Positions 36,450 to 49,500 of a stretch of 64,000 bases of DNA are shown here, in pieces. Every line of letters begins with the position of its first letter. Position 1 is the first letter of the stretch. The translations under genes were made by a program, and so were the position numbers. The DNA is from Monocercomonoides exilis PA203 (lineage: Eukaryota > Protista > Preaxostyla): positions 310,001-374,000 of the forward strand of contig LSRY02000012.1 in the NCBI GenBank assembly GCA_001643675.2, in the 5' to 3' direction. The notes under the pieces were generated by a model, which searched no databases, had not been told where the DNA came from, and worked only from the letters and a program-made list of their open reading frames with translations.

Positions 36450-37598
36450 TCAGGATTTTTTATTTTCCGAAGCTTGACTGCTTGATGTTGGATCATCACA
36501 TGGACACTGTTCGGTTGATGCAGAAGGAGCAGAAGAAGATGATGTACACTCGCTGCCCTTTTGCGGAAGATCACTCACATATTGTGTGAGATATTTTCGT
36601 TCTGCGCCTATTGTTGTGAATGGACCATGACCTGTTTGGGATGTATTAAAATTAAAAAAAAACTATAAAACTCTAACCTGGAAGAACAATTAGTCCATCA
36701 TTTAGAATTAATAACTTATTTTTTATTGACTCTTTAAGCATGATTCTACTTGCTCCCTAAAATAATTTGTGAATATTCATTGAAAGAAAAATCGTTCATA
36801 ATACAAAGTCTAATAAAATTTAAAAATGTCGAACTGGACCGCGTGTGTGACCTTTTAAAAATAATTTCAAACATGCAAATTGAGATAATCAAACAATAAA
36901 GAATATAAAACAAAAAATAATCATCATACCGACTCTAAAAAAAAAAGAAAAGAAAATCAAATAGAAACAATACAATTAATATTTTTAATGCGTCAAACCC
37001 CTGGGCAAAGATTGTATCTCCAGTCATAATTAGTATATCTGGTATGTAAAACGAACACGAGCCAGGGGAATGTCCTGGTGTGTGGATAATTGTACCCTTG
37101 AAACGGCCAAAATGAAATTCTTCTCCTTCATGGTGATCTAATATGTCTGGTACAGACGTGTCATTGCATACTTTACATATACGCTTTTTAAAGGCAAGTT
37201 GTTTGTGGTAAACTGATTGATCACGAGAATGAACAGTTATTGGACATTTCAAATACTCTGCAAGCTGTCCTGTAAAATCTACGTGATCAAAATGACCGTG
37301 GGTATCTTAAAAAAAACCGTTATTATGAAATTGCATGAATTGGCAAAAACAAACATTACACACAATACACATGATTTATTTTTAGAGAAAGTTCTTTTAC
37401 ACGTTGAACAACTTTGTCTTAATACGAATAACAACATATTTATCATGTAAATTACTTTTTAATAACTTTACCTTGACTGCCTCCACAATCAACTATAATT
37501 CCTTCTTTTTCATCCTTATCATAAAGAAGAATAGAATTGCTTTCAAGCTCAGTTACTACAAAAATCTCTAATTCAAATGGAAAATGAAAACGAGACAT
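36450..37598 (-). CDS. MBL-fold metallo-hydrolase (glyoxalase II-like), multi-exon
   Basis: Spliced reading gives MSRFHFPFELEIF...IVDCGG, THGHFDH (HxHxDH), HTPGHSPGS, TGDTIF, LPGHGPFTTIGAER. Confidence 0.9.
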
Positions 37599-37691
37599 TT
37601 TGTAAAATTTGATCTATTCATCTAATTTATTATTATGAACAAAAAACAACTTTTAGTGTGGTGTGAACTTATCAGAATTTATGAAGTGATT

Positions 37692-40600
37692 CTAAATTTT
37701 ATGTTCTAAAAATTGCAGGAGAATTGCTTTTTCTTCTTGGTTGAATCTGTTCAATGCAGCTACAATTCTGGGTCTATAAGTTTGAATGATTGAGCGAAGT
37801 GAATTATGAAGAACTAACAAGTATAATTATAATTGAATAAATAAAGCAAGCAAAATAAAATGACAGAACAAACCTTCTTTGAGGTGAGTCAGTTGGGTAT
37901 ACCCAGAATATCGTTTACGCTCTACGAAATCCAAATCTGTCCTGCTTCCACTTATTTTCTTTGAAGCTTCTGGGAATGCCATCATTTCCAGCACAACCTC
38001 CAGCTCTTCCACTCTCCTCCACAAAACAAGGAATATCGAGACGACTCCTTCCAGCGACAGGTTCTGCGACAGAGTGGAGAGGAGATCGTGGGACGCAGAG
38101 GAAAGAACGATGTCTGTCACCACAGCCACCGCAGAAGCGACAGATGAGGCATCCTGAAGAGCAAACAGCGCAAAGAGACTCTGAGGCGGGGCAGCAGCAA
38201 AAGGCGAAGGAGCAGGATGGCGGAGGGCAACTGAGATGAATCGAGAGATCTGAGAAAAGGGGAAGAAACAGGCAAAGAAGTGAATAAGCCTTCTGATGAA
38301 GAAAAAGACGGATGCGCCAATACGCAGGAAGAAGAGAAGGAAAGACCTCAGCAAAGACTTGAGAGGGTGCACAAAGATCGAATAGAGCCCCTTTCCAATG
38401 TATTTTGCAACCCTCTTCTTGTTTGTGACCTGAGGATTGCGTATCTTGTCCTGGTTCAGCTGAGAGCGCCAGCTCTTTCTCTTCTTCTTCGACATGAACA
38501 CACCGAGAATGTAGATGACCGTGTCATCGTCCTCTTCTGAGTCTTCCCGCGCAAAAAGCGTCGATGCTGGCTCGGACTCCTCCTCAGACAGCATTCTCGC
38601 ACCTGAATTGATGATTGCCTGCTGTCTTGCTGCAGATTCAAGCAGATCGCTGCTCTCGCTGCTGCTTTGGCTGCTCAGAGATTTCAGTGCTTTCGCTGCG
38701 GATTTGCTTTGTTGCCCATTCGATCTGTCTTTGCTCTTTTCTCTCTTCTTCATTCCTGTTGCTGCCTTCCGATCTCTTTCTGTAATAAACGAAGCATCAA
38801 ATATTCCGTTCCACTCTTCGTTCTCAGAGTTTTCAATGTATTCTCTTTCCATGTATCCTCTAAACTGTGGCAGTGCTGTTGAAGTGTACTGGCTGCCTCT
38901 TTGTCTGCTAAATGTGTTGTATTTGCTGCTGTCTCTGGTGCCAAAGATGCTCTTTTGCCAATCTGGCTGATCCCCATTTCTTTGCTCTGGACTCAGGCTC
39001 CCATTAACACACAAATCAAAGAGAGTTATGCCGGCAGAATGAAGTGGTGGCGGAGGGGGAATAAGCGAGCCAATAAACGAAGCATCGTCTGCTTCCACTT
39101 GCCTCTCAATCTGATTGTCTCCATACAGCGGCGACTTGCTCACTTCCCTCTGAAACTTCTGCACAAAGAACGAAAGCGGAACGAAGTGCATCTGTTTGAA
39201 AGATGGAGCAAAGAGTGGTGTCTTTCCAGTGACTGCCATGCTCTTCCGTTTGAGTGAACGAGAGCTGCTGCCACACGAAAGCATGTCTTCAGTTGTCCTC
39301 CACATCGAATTCTCCACCACTCGCCGTAAAAGTCGGATGGAGCGCAGATCGTCGACAGAAAGCAGTGTGAAGAATGGAAGCGGATTCAGCGGTTGGCGCA
39401 GGCTGAAGCTGCGTCTTATCTTTTGGCTGTCTTCGTGCTCTCTGATGGCTCTGTCGATGCTCCCTTCATCGTCTGCATGCTTTCCCATCAGCAGACTCAG
39501 CATCCGGATCTCATCACCTTCGTCAGCTGGCTGCTCAGATGAGTCTTTGAAGGCGATAGATTTGCCAATGCCGGATCCGTCTCTGCTCTGCTTCTGCTTC
39601 TTCTCTCTCTTTCTCTGCGCTTTTTTCCATCTTCCTCTAACAATCGCCTCTTCCGTCGCTGAAAGCAAGTAACTGTTCAGATTGATGGGAATTGCGCTGC
39701 TTCTCTCCAAAAAGCGCAGAATTAGCTGAAGAGCAGGAAAGACAGTCTCTTGAAGAAGGTGCCCACTGTTATCTGAAAGGATGATTGAACAAGCAAGAGA
39801 AGGGTCATTTATTGCTTCTGAAGGAAGCTGTTGATCAACTCCCATTTGAGATAAAGCAGCAAAAGAAGAAGAAGAGGAGGAGGAGGATGATGCTGAAGCA
39901 GAAGCAGAACGAGGTGAATTCCAATTCTGATTGAAAGAAGAAGAAGAAGAAGAAGAAGAAGGCACAGCTTCAGATGGTTGAGACTCCAAAGATTGGGACT
40001 TGCGCTTTGGACGCGGAGGTTTCATTCTCTTTTCGAGTTCAGAAATGATCAGCCTGCGTGTCAGAGGGCTGCAGAGAACGGGGTAGTTGCTCTTCTGTCT
40101 GCTGACCGGCAGAGGCGCATTGAAGTCCATTGAAGAAGGAGACGAAGACTTGCAGTTGGACAGCGAAAGACACAGCGACTGTGCCAGAAAGCGGATGATG
40201 ATTGTTTCGTTTTCTGCCTGCTGCAGCTTCATCACCGACGGGTTCAGCAGCGCAGAAATGTCTGTGTCGTCCACACGCTTTGCAATCTCCACTTTGAGAG
40301 AAAGAGAAGTCTGGATGTTTGCCAAGTTGTCGCTCACGTAATCGTCATTGAACACAAACCAATCGTCTACCCACTCTGCAAACTTCTTCGGAATCCACGT
40401 GATGAACGACGTTGCATGGGGAACAGAAGACTTAATCTCGACCTCTTCTTTCGAGTTCCAAAGGTCCAGTCGCTTGATGCGATAGAGGAAACGCCTCAGA
40501 GGATGCCCGAAATGGCCTCTGTTGTTCAGCTCTGATGTCAGAGGCGACGAGAAATACCACGAAAACAGCGAAGAGGCAAGAGACACACCGAAGATGAGCA

Positions 40601-42091
40601 CAGTTGAGAAGAGACAGAAGTGCTTCTCAAAATCAGCTAATGATATCCACATATCATCACCGCTGCCAAACACCATGTTGCCAAACATCGACCATCCTTC
40701 GTCTTTGCCAAACAGAAACGAGTCAACGCTGACCAACAGACTTCGCAATCCATAAAGCAACCCCTTGATCAAGCGAATGACGATGAAGGAGCTTTCTTGC
40801 GGATCTGATGAAGAGTAATAAGACTCGTACAAAGAATGAACAAACAGAGAATTTGGAGTGAGAGGGGAAATGTGGTTGCGGAAGGGGTAGGCACGGAAGA
40901 GCGGTCTGATGACAAAGGGAACAAGGAAGGAAGCAGTGATCAAGAATGAAAGAGATTGTTGCATGCCCATGCAGATAGCTCGAGACAATGAGCATATTAA
41001 TGGAGCATGTGTTACGATGGGATAAGATGTTGTGTGAATTGATGAGGAGGATGATGTTGAGGAGTAACTGAAAGCATCAAACGAAGGCGAGAATGCAGAA
41101 GGTGAAGGAGTTACAGCAGGAGAACTTGAGTTTGGAGGCGAGGGAGAGGCATAAAATATAAATACGATAAGCATTGTAATAATCACAATGAGAAGAATCG
41201 ATTCTTCTGGAATAATTAGGTCTCCTCCTTCATATAAGAATGGTAATCTTAAAATCCTCAAAGAAGATATTCCATAAACTGCTGACATCGATATCGAAAA
41301 GGCAAATAATGCTGCCGTAATTGTAATAATCAAAGATAACACAGATTTGATAAAGGATGTGCCAAAACGAGATGATGGATGAGATAAATTTGTAAATGTA
41401 GTCCATGGAGATGTCACAGCTATATTAAACGGAAAAAGTTGGATATGGATGAGTGAAAGCAAGGTGATGGTGAATGGTTGAGAAAAATGAACGATCCCTT
41501 TCAAAAAAGAAACGAAGTTGAAGTACAATGTTTCGAAAAATCGAAATATCGGATTTGGATAAAAAGTCCTTGGAGTAGTAAATATAGATTCCCAAATCTT
41601 ATGAGCTTTTCGATGAAAAATGCTGTTTTGGTGCAAGCTTGACACCGATTCTCCATCTTTAAACAATAAAAAAATATTGAAACATAAAATCCAAATAAAC
41701 AACATTATAAACAAAGTTCATACATTGCATTGGAACATGGGAAAATATAATCCAGTGAATAATTGTTAAAGGAATCCAATAAAGCAACAATCTTTTCAAA
41801 TAGTAAAATGATTCAAATTCATGGGCTGAAATGAAATAAAAATGGAAATAAAATGTTCATTCAATGAAACAATTATTGTTAATAAAAGTTATTACGTTGT
41901 ATATTGGTGTTAAATTTGTTATAAAGAAAAATACAAATTTCAACATAAATGTCAAATGATCAGTGCACACATTGCTGATGGCTTGAATATGCAATGATTA
42001 CCACAAGCGAAAAAAGCTTAAAAAATAATTTAAATGATTTATTTCTCCGCTTTCTGAACAGATTCCGAAAAAATGAGCCAGAAGCTTCCAT
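37692..42091 (-). CDS. Large multi-pass membrane protein, possibly nucleoporin Ndc1-like
   Basis: 1295-aa core ORF plus terminal exons (ATG at 42091, last exon ending LLQFLEHKI*). Hydrophobic N-terminal helices and a C-terminal helical block reminiscent of Ndc1; the gene is solid, the identity is tentative. Confidence 0.5.
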
Positions 42092-42196
42092 GAATAAATT
42101 TCAGAATTCATAAAAGGGAAAGATCAATAAAATAGAAATGTTTGAATAAACTAAAACAAATGCAAAATGTGATGAGTAATATGTAATATATCGTAA

Positions 42197-45100
42197 TTAA
42201 AATTCTTCGTAATCTGTGTTATTGATTTCATCTGCATCTGATCCTTCTTGAACATTCTCTGGTTCACTTGTTTGATCATGAGTTTGTTCAAAATCATCTC
42301 CATAGTCTTCGTAATTCTCTTCGTTATCTTTCTTTTCAGCATCTTCTTGCTCACCAGAAGGTTCAACATTTTCATCTACCTGCTGTTCCTCCTTTTCAGA
42401 TGCGGCTGTGTCTTCAAAAGGATCATCTTGATATGTATTCTCTCCTTCTTCTCCTGTTTCATCAAAATTATTCCCGCTGTCTTCTGGTTGTGGCTCTGGT
42501 TCCTGTTCTTCTTTTGTTTCTTCCCCTTCCCCTTCCCCTTCTTCCGCAGCTGTTTTATCTTCTTGCTTTTCTTCATCAGCATCGTCGTCGTTGCTCGAGT
42601 GCAACTCATCAAGATAGTCATTGTCACGTTGTTCATCATCTTTTGTGTGCTCCTCATCCCAATTGTCTTCTTCATCGTGTGCTTCATTCAGCTTATCATC
42701 AGCTGCTGGCTCCTCTGTTGCATCGACCGCATCGAGCGATGCTGGTTCCTCTTCGCTGGTCGCAAACTCATCAGCCTGCAGCGTGTCCATAAACCCCTTC
42801 GGAGATGGAGATGAGTCTCCTTCATCATAAATGTTGCCGCCATCTGCTGATGAGTGCAGATAGTCGTCTGTGTTCGAGCGCGATGCTCCTTTCAGCGACG
42901 CAACAGACTGCCGCTCTGACTGCAGCACAGACGCTGCGGCCGATCCGCTTCGGGACGCCACTTTTGAGTGTTGCGATGCGGTTGAGCGAACAGATGCTGC
43001 TGAAGGTGCTCGTGACAGCTTCTGTGTGGATGAGCGGGCAGATGCGATGGACGAGGCACGAGACGGAGGAAATCCTTCTGTGGGTGCTGTGGCTGTGAAT
43101 GATGAGTGGGCAGGAGAAGAAGGAGAGAAGGGACCCTGAGAAGGAGAGGATGGCTCGTCGAATGGGCTGTAAGAAGAAGCAGAAGCAGAGGCAGAGGCAG
43201 ACGTGACTCGTCGAGATGAAGAAGAAGAAGTATTTTTGTGTGAAGGTGGTTTGGATGAAGTGGAGTTGCTTGAAAATGGGTTGGATGATGAGATGCGAGA
43301 TGAAGGTGTTGCTGGAGAAGATGGCACAGGAGTGGGTGAAGAGGATGGAGACAGCGAGGGTGAAGAAGAAGGCAATGATGATGCAGCAGATGCAGAAGAC
43401 ATTTGAGTGCGGTGTTTTGCGCGAGACTGCGACGCATGCTTCTTCAGCGACTGCAAAATTCCCTCTGGAAGATTCTGCGCTGCTTTGCATATGTCACAGT
43501 CCGTAGACTCCACTTTGCTCACAACCTGTTCCAGATTCGGCATTGCTGTCTGGAGCGGCAGCAGAACTTGTGCTCTGATGTTGACTGTTCCAACAGCCTC
43601 TGTTGTCATCTCAACGCTGTCGGTGTCCAAAGTGGAAGAGACACCACTTCGCTTTTTCTTCGGCTGCACACGATAAAGTGTCACGGTTTGCTCGATGTCT
43701 TCATACGACTCCACAAACGCTGCCAGCGAGAACACACTGAATGTTGTTGAGAAGAGAAAAGAAGATAGACATTCATTTCATATAATGATATAATCAAACA
43801 TAAATAAATAATTAATAATTTTCATTTTATTTTTGGATGCACACCCTTTGGCCACCATTCGCGTTGGAGCAAAAGAAAGGCCTAACGCTGCTCCATTAGC
43901 AGTTGGAGGCAGACCCGAAGTGCGTCCCATTGTCTGAGGCGGGGCGATGGCATACAACTCAATCGAAGCTGTGTGGCGAAGGATGTCGTGAATGAAGTAT
44001 GGTTTCACAGCCACGCGATAACGCGCACACAAATCAAAACGGGGCTTCAGACCGACAATGTCGTTGGATTTGACAGAGTCGAATTCGAAGAAGTCGACAA
44101 TGACAAATGTCTGGAGATAAGACAGCGGAGATTGTGTTGGTGCTCCTCCGCTGCCGATTGAGAGGGAAGAGAAGAACGACTCCATCAGCGATGCTTCTGT
44201 CACGTATATCAGCATAATCGTCTCGCCTGGCTCAATCTTGTTTTCAATCGGCGCAACCTGGTCAAACATCCCGTGGTCCATCACACGCTCAGTCAAAAAC
44301 GAGATCTCTTCTGCTTTCAGGTCGAGCTGCCTCATCAGCTCCGACTCCCTCTTCCGTCTTCGCTCTTCCTCCAGCTCCTTCTTCAGCCGGTCTGCCCTTT
44401 CCTTCTCTCTCTTCACGTTTGCCCGCTCTCTGTCTCTGTCTGCACGCAGCCGCCTGTTCTCTTCTCTCAAACTGTCTCTCTCTTCGTATCCTTCTATTAA
44501 CTTCTCAATCTCAGACGGCTTCTTTCCCATCTCCTTCCACTTCCCAATGATATACACAGCCTTCTCAATGACTTCTCTCCCTTCGCCCATCACCCCGCGG
44601 AAGGGCTTGAGCTTTTCCTCCAACTCCTTTCTCAGCTTCTCTTCTCTGCTGAGGCGCTCTTTCAACTGCATTATTTCTCTGTCTCTTTCGCGGATCGTCT
44701 CATTCGCTGCATTCAGCTGCCTCCGCAAATCTTGTTCGTTCTCCAAAAACTTCTTGAAGCGCAGTTCGTTGTTCTTGTCAATGTCTGATTGAGTCAATTT
44801 ACTCTGAAAAAAAGTTGTTTTCGCATTTATTTATTTAAAAATAAGTAAATAAAAATGTTTATAAGTGATGACATGAAATTTTCAAGAAAAAAAAAATTAG
44901 AAAAAGAAAAAGAAAGAAGTTAAAAAAAAAGCACACATCTGCCTTCCACTGCTCAATCAGTTTTTGTTGATGTTCTAACTGTTTGTTGAGCGAATCAGTC
45001 AGAATTTCAAGTTCGTCTATCTTCTTTTGAAGTTGCTCATTCAATTCTCTCAACTTCTTCAGCTCAGCGTCTTTTTCATTCACTGCAAATGTCAGTTCGT

Positions 45101-46376
45101 TCACTCTGTTTCTCAGCTAAAATGCCAAAAAGCACCATTGAATTAACATTACAATTGCCAATAAGAGAAAGTCAAAATGGATTAAAATAATATTTCACTG
45201 TTTTGTTTTTATGAAGATATTTGAGACAAACCTCTTCTCCAAATTCGATTGCCTCGTCGCGCTCCTTCATCAATGTCTCGTTTGTAAATTGTTCTTTTTT
45301 CAGTTGCTGTTGGTTGGTCAATAAATCGCCTTGTAATTGTCGCATTTCTTCAACGCGTGCTAACATCTGCTCATGCATCTGCTGTATTGCAGCAGACATA
45401 GCTTCATTATCCTAATAAAACAAACATTATATTCGACAAATTGTTTTTAAAGAAAAAAGAACGAAAAAAAGTGTTAATGATTCGTTGCAGAGGCGTAATC
45501 ATACAAATTGGCCGTCATCTTTTTGTCTGTCAATTTCCATTTCATCCAACCGTTCACGAAGTTTTTGGTTAATTTCACTAAGTTCATCAATTTGACTTCT
45601 CATGTCTGCCACTTGACTTAATATTTCAGGGCTGGTAACAATTGATGTTTGCGTACTGGATATTGAATCGCTAAAATCAGAATGAGGAATTGACCCTGCA
45701 CCAAAAGAACGCTTCGATGAGCTTCTTCAAAAATAAAACGTGAATGACAAATACGAAATTGAGTCAAATAAGCAAACGATCCAAGTGCAGCTCTTGATTT
45801 CTGAAAATCAAAATAATTAATTCATTAATCCTATTTAAAAAAGTTATAAATAAAAGCACACTGCAGAAGGGGGACGTCTATTGTCTTTAAGATAAGGATG
45901 GGATCGCTTTGTTATTATTTGTCCGCCTAAACGTTTCTTTTGAATCTTTAAGAAAGGATTGAAATCAATAATGAAATACAATTTCAAAATAGAAAAAAAG
46001 AAACTTCTCTTTCAAGTCTTTCATTAGCAGCTTTTTGTTGCTCAACTTCAGCATCAAGTATTCCCATCATTTCTTGCGCTATGGCAGCAGCAGCAGGATC
46101 TTCTCCTATTTACAAAATAATAAACATAAACAAATCATCATTCATAAAACTGATTGTCACATAAACAACAATATAACTTGCACGATCTGCCTTGTATCTT
46201 TGTTTAAATTGCTCTCTAATTCGCATGATAAGCGTTGATTGTTGCATAATATCTTTCTCAAGAGCATTCTTTTCCCTCTTCAATTTATCAACTTCACTTT
46301 CTAAAGAATAAATTTTTTCTTCCGACTCACCTTCAGAGGAAGGTCGATGCCTCTTTTCTCCTGGGCGAGTTGCCAT
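42197..46376 (-). CDS. RPGRIP1L: RPGRIP1L/fantom-like ciliary transition-zone protein (coiled coil + C2 + acidic tail), multi-exon
   Basis: Coiled-coil exons followed by TFVIVDFFEFDSVKSNDIVGLKPRFDLCARYRV...ASIELY, matching the first C2 domain pattern of RPGRIP1/RPGRIP1L. Confidence 0.75.
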
Positions 46377-46556
46377 TTGAATGTTTATTTGAAATTAATA
46401 AAAAATAAATAATGGCAGTTAGTGATCAAATAACAAAAATTCTTTGTAATATTAAAAATTAATTAATGTTGAAAATACGAAAAAAAAAGGGGGAAAAATC
46501 ATCTCTTTATTCATGAAAATCAAATAAATAAAATATGAGTGAATATTTTCTTTGAT

Positions 46557-49500
46557 TTAAAAGTAATCAAAGAAATCAACATCGTTCTGAAACTGTTGCT
46601 GCTGTTGAGGATTCGATGTGACGGGCTGAGATTGAGCAGAAACATAAGAAGCAGGCTGAGAAGAGAAAGAGTCCGAGTCGAAGAAATCATTAGCGTCTCC
46701 AGAAGATGATGTGAATGGAGGATTTTGAGATGTGGTTGGTTGATTTGTCTGAATATTTGTAGTGGAGAAAGGCTGAGTCAAAGAAGAAGGCATGTTGCCG
46801 GCAGTGTTATAAGAAGGCTCAGCTTGGTGAGCAGAAACAGGTTGATGTGACAAAGATAAAGATGAAGGTGAAGAATTAGAATTAGAATTCGAATTCGAAT
46901 AAGAAGCAGTCGGAGGAGGAGGAGGAGCAGGAGCAGCAGCAGCGAATGGAGAAGGACCAGAGGGGAAGTCATCCATTGGAGGTCCACCGAGTGCATCGAA
47001 GAAGTCGATGTCATCTGCAACTGACGGCACAACTGGCTTAGAAGACGCCTCTGTCTGTGCAGATGGTGCAGTCAGTGCAGTTTGTGCTGTCATATGTGCA
47101 TTTTGTGTGTTTTGTGTGTTGTGTGCATAGAATGCGTCCATGTTGTCATACGAAGGCTCCTGCTGCACAAGAGCTGGCTGATATGTCTGCTTCGGTGGCT
47201 GTGCAGACGCTGTTGGCTTTGTCTTCGGCAGCGGCACAACATTTCCCACTGAAAATGGCTGGTCAAATGAAAACTGGTCTTCCTCCACAACACTTCTGCC
47301 TGCCTCCCTCTGCATCGCTTCTGCACCAATCGAAGTCTTGTTTGTTTGTGTGCTGAATGGAGAATTCAATGGAGAGCTATTCTTCGTGTCATTTTTCACT
47401 GCATTACCAGCAGAAGCCGCTGGTTTCGTTTCCTGTTTGTGAGTCTGCTGCTGATTGTAGTCAAAAGCCATCGAAAATGAAGGAGATTCAAAAAAGCTCT
47501 GGTCGTCTTCCATTGCTGCTGGCACGAATGATGCTGCTGATGCTGTCTTTGAATGTGGCTGAGGAAGTGGTGATGGCTGTGATTGTGATGGCGTTTGTGT
47601 TTGTGGTTGGGTTTGGGCTTGTTCCTGTTTGTGAGGCACAGAGAAAGGAGAAGGAAGATCGCCTGACTGGCTGTGAGAGGGCACATCTGAAGCAAATGGA
47701 AGAGAAGAAGAAGAAGATTGGTGCTTTGTGTGTTTGTTTTGTTTATTCTGTTGTGTCTGTTGGATCTGCTGCTGTGCGGGAGGAAGGGCTGATGTGGATG
47801 AGGATGGTGAGGCTGATGCTGATGCTGATGCTGATGGAGTAGGCACGCTGAATGGCGAGGCGAGTGACTGGTCGTCAAAGAATGAGCTGTCGTCTGTCAT
47901 AAATGAATGTGCTGCTGGTTGTGTCTGTGTCTGAAGTGGACTCACCTTCTCAACTGACTGAGATGTTGGCTGTCGTATCGATTGCTCTTCATTTGTCTGT
48001 TGCTCTGTTTGTTGCAGGGAAATTGGCTTTTCTTGTGTTTTGCTTGTCAAATCAGTGGCAGGCTCAGCTGGTTGCACTGATGATGATAATGATGATGGCG
48101 ATGATGATGGCGATGACAATGATGATGGCTGTATCTCTGCTGTTGCTGTAGATGTTTGTGTTGGTGTTGGTGTTGCAGTGAGCTCATTCGAAATGCCAAA
48201 AACGCTGTCACCGAATGCAGACAGAGAGACACGCACATTTGAGCGGGATCCTCTTGTGCGTGTGGATCTGGACTTGCTGGATGGGGCAGCTGTGGAGAAG
48301 GGCTGGTCAAAGGAGAAGTCAGAGGAAGGAGGAGGAGGAGCAATCGGAGAGGAAGAGGAAGAGGAAGATGGTGGAGGAGGTGCAATATCTGAAGAAGAAG
48401 AAGATGGTAATGATGTCATTGATGAAGATGGAGGTGGTTTCAGAGGTGTGGATGAGGCATTATCAGACATACCTGAAGAAGCTCTGTTCGTTTTATTTGA
48501 AATATCTCCAAAGAAATCGCTGTCTGACGTGTCAAATGGAGAAATGCCATTCATTCCATCTTTTGTCTGCTGCTGCTGTTGTTGCTGTGTTTGTTGTTGT
48601 TGTGAAGGAGGTGAGCTAAGCGGGTTGTTTCCTGCCATCTGCTTCTGTGTCTGCATCTGCCCATCAGCAGAAAGTTGGGAGTTGTCTGCTTTTGCTGCAT
48701 TGCTTAGCTCATCTGGAGACGCAGCCATTTCAAAGTCGCTTGCTGTGAATGAATTCTGCAGGCGATGGCTGAATCTGCCTGTTGCTGACTGCGGTGTCGA
48801 CAGAGAAGAAGCTGGATTAGACGCATAAGACCGCCCTGCCTGCGTTCGTGGCTGCCAATCCAACGGCGATGCTTCTGGCGACTGCTGCAGATTGTTTGCA
48901 GTTGGTCCTTGTTGTTCCTGTGCTTTTCTTGTGTTGCCGCTCGAAAGAGGTGACAATGCTGATGAGTGCATCTGATTCTGTGTTTGTTGCTGTGCCTGTG
49001 ATTGTGATTGTGCTTGTGCCTGTGGCTGAGCTTGTGTCTCTGTCTGTGGAGTGACAGCCACTTTCCTCAGCTCCTTCATGCGTGGATCCATCCCATCGCT
49101 CTTCACTGTCAGCATATCTCCAATCAGCGATGTCACATTTGCACTCGCGGTGCGCCTGCCTCTTCGCGCCCCGCGGCTGCCTCCATACGGTGCAGCTGAT
49201 GCAGATGCAGACGCTGGGCTGCTTTGGAAGGAAGCACCCATCGAAAATAGCGGTGTGTCTGTCGGAGGGGAAGAAGAGGCAGCAGGAGTTGCTGTCTCCT
49301 GCATGTCTGTGGTGTCTGCCAGTGACAGGTCCATAAACCTCCGACTCCGCGAAGACGACGCTACAGCAACAGGAGTGCCTGCACTGGGTGAGGGATATCC
49401 ATCAGACAAGGAGGAGGAAGGCGATTGCTGTCCAGGAGTAGGTGGAGGGAGCGGCGTGGAGATGGAAGACGGGGTCATCGATGGAGACATCTCTGAAGTT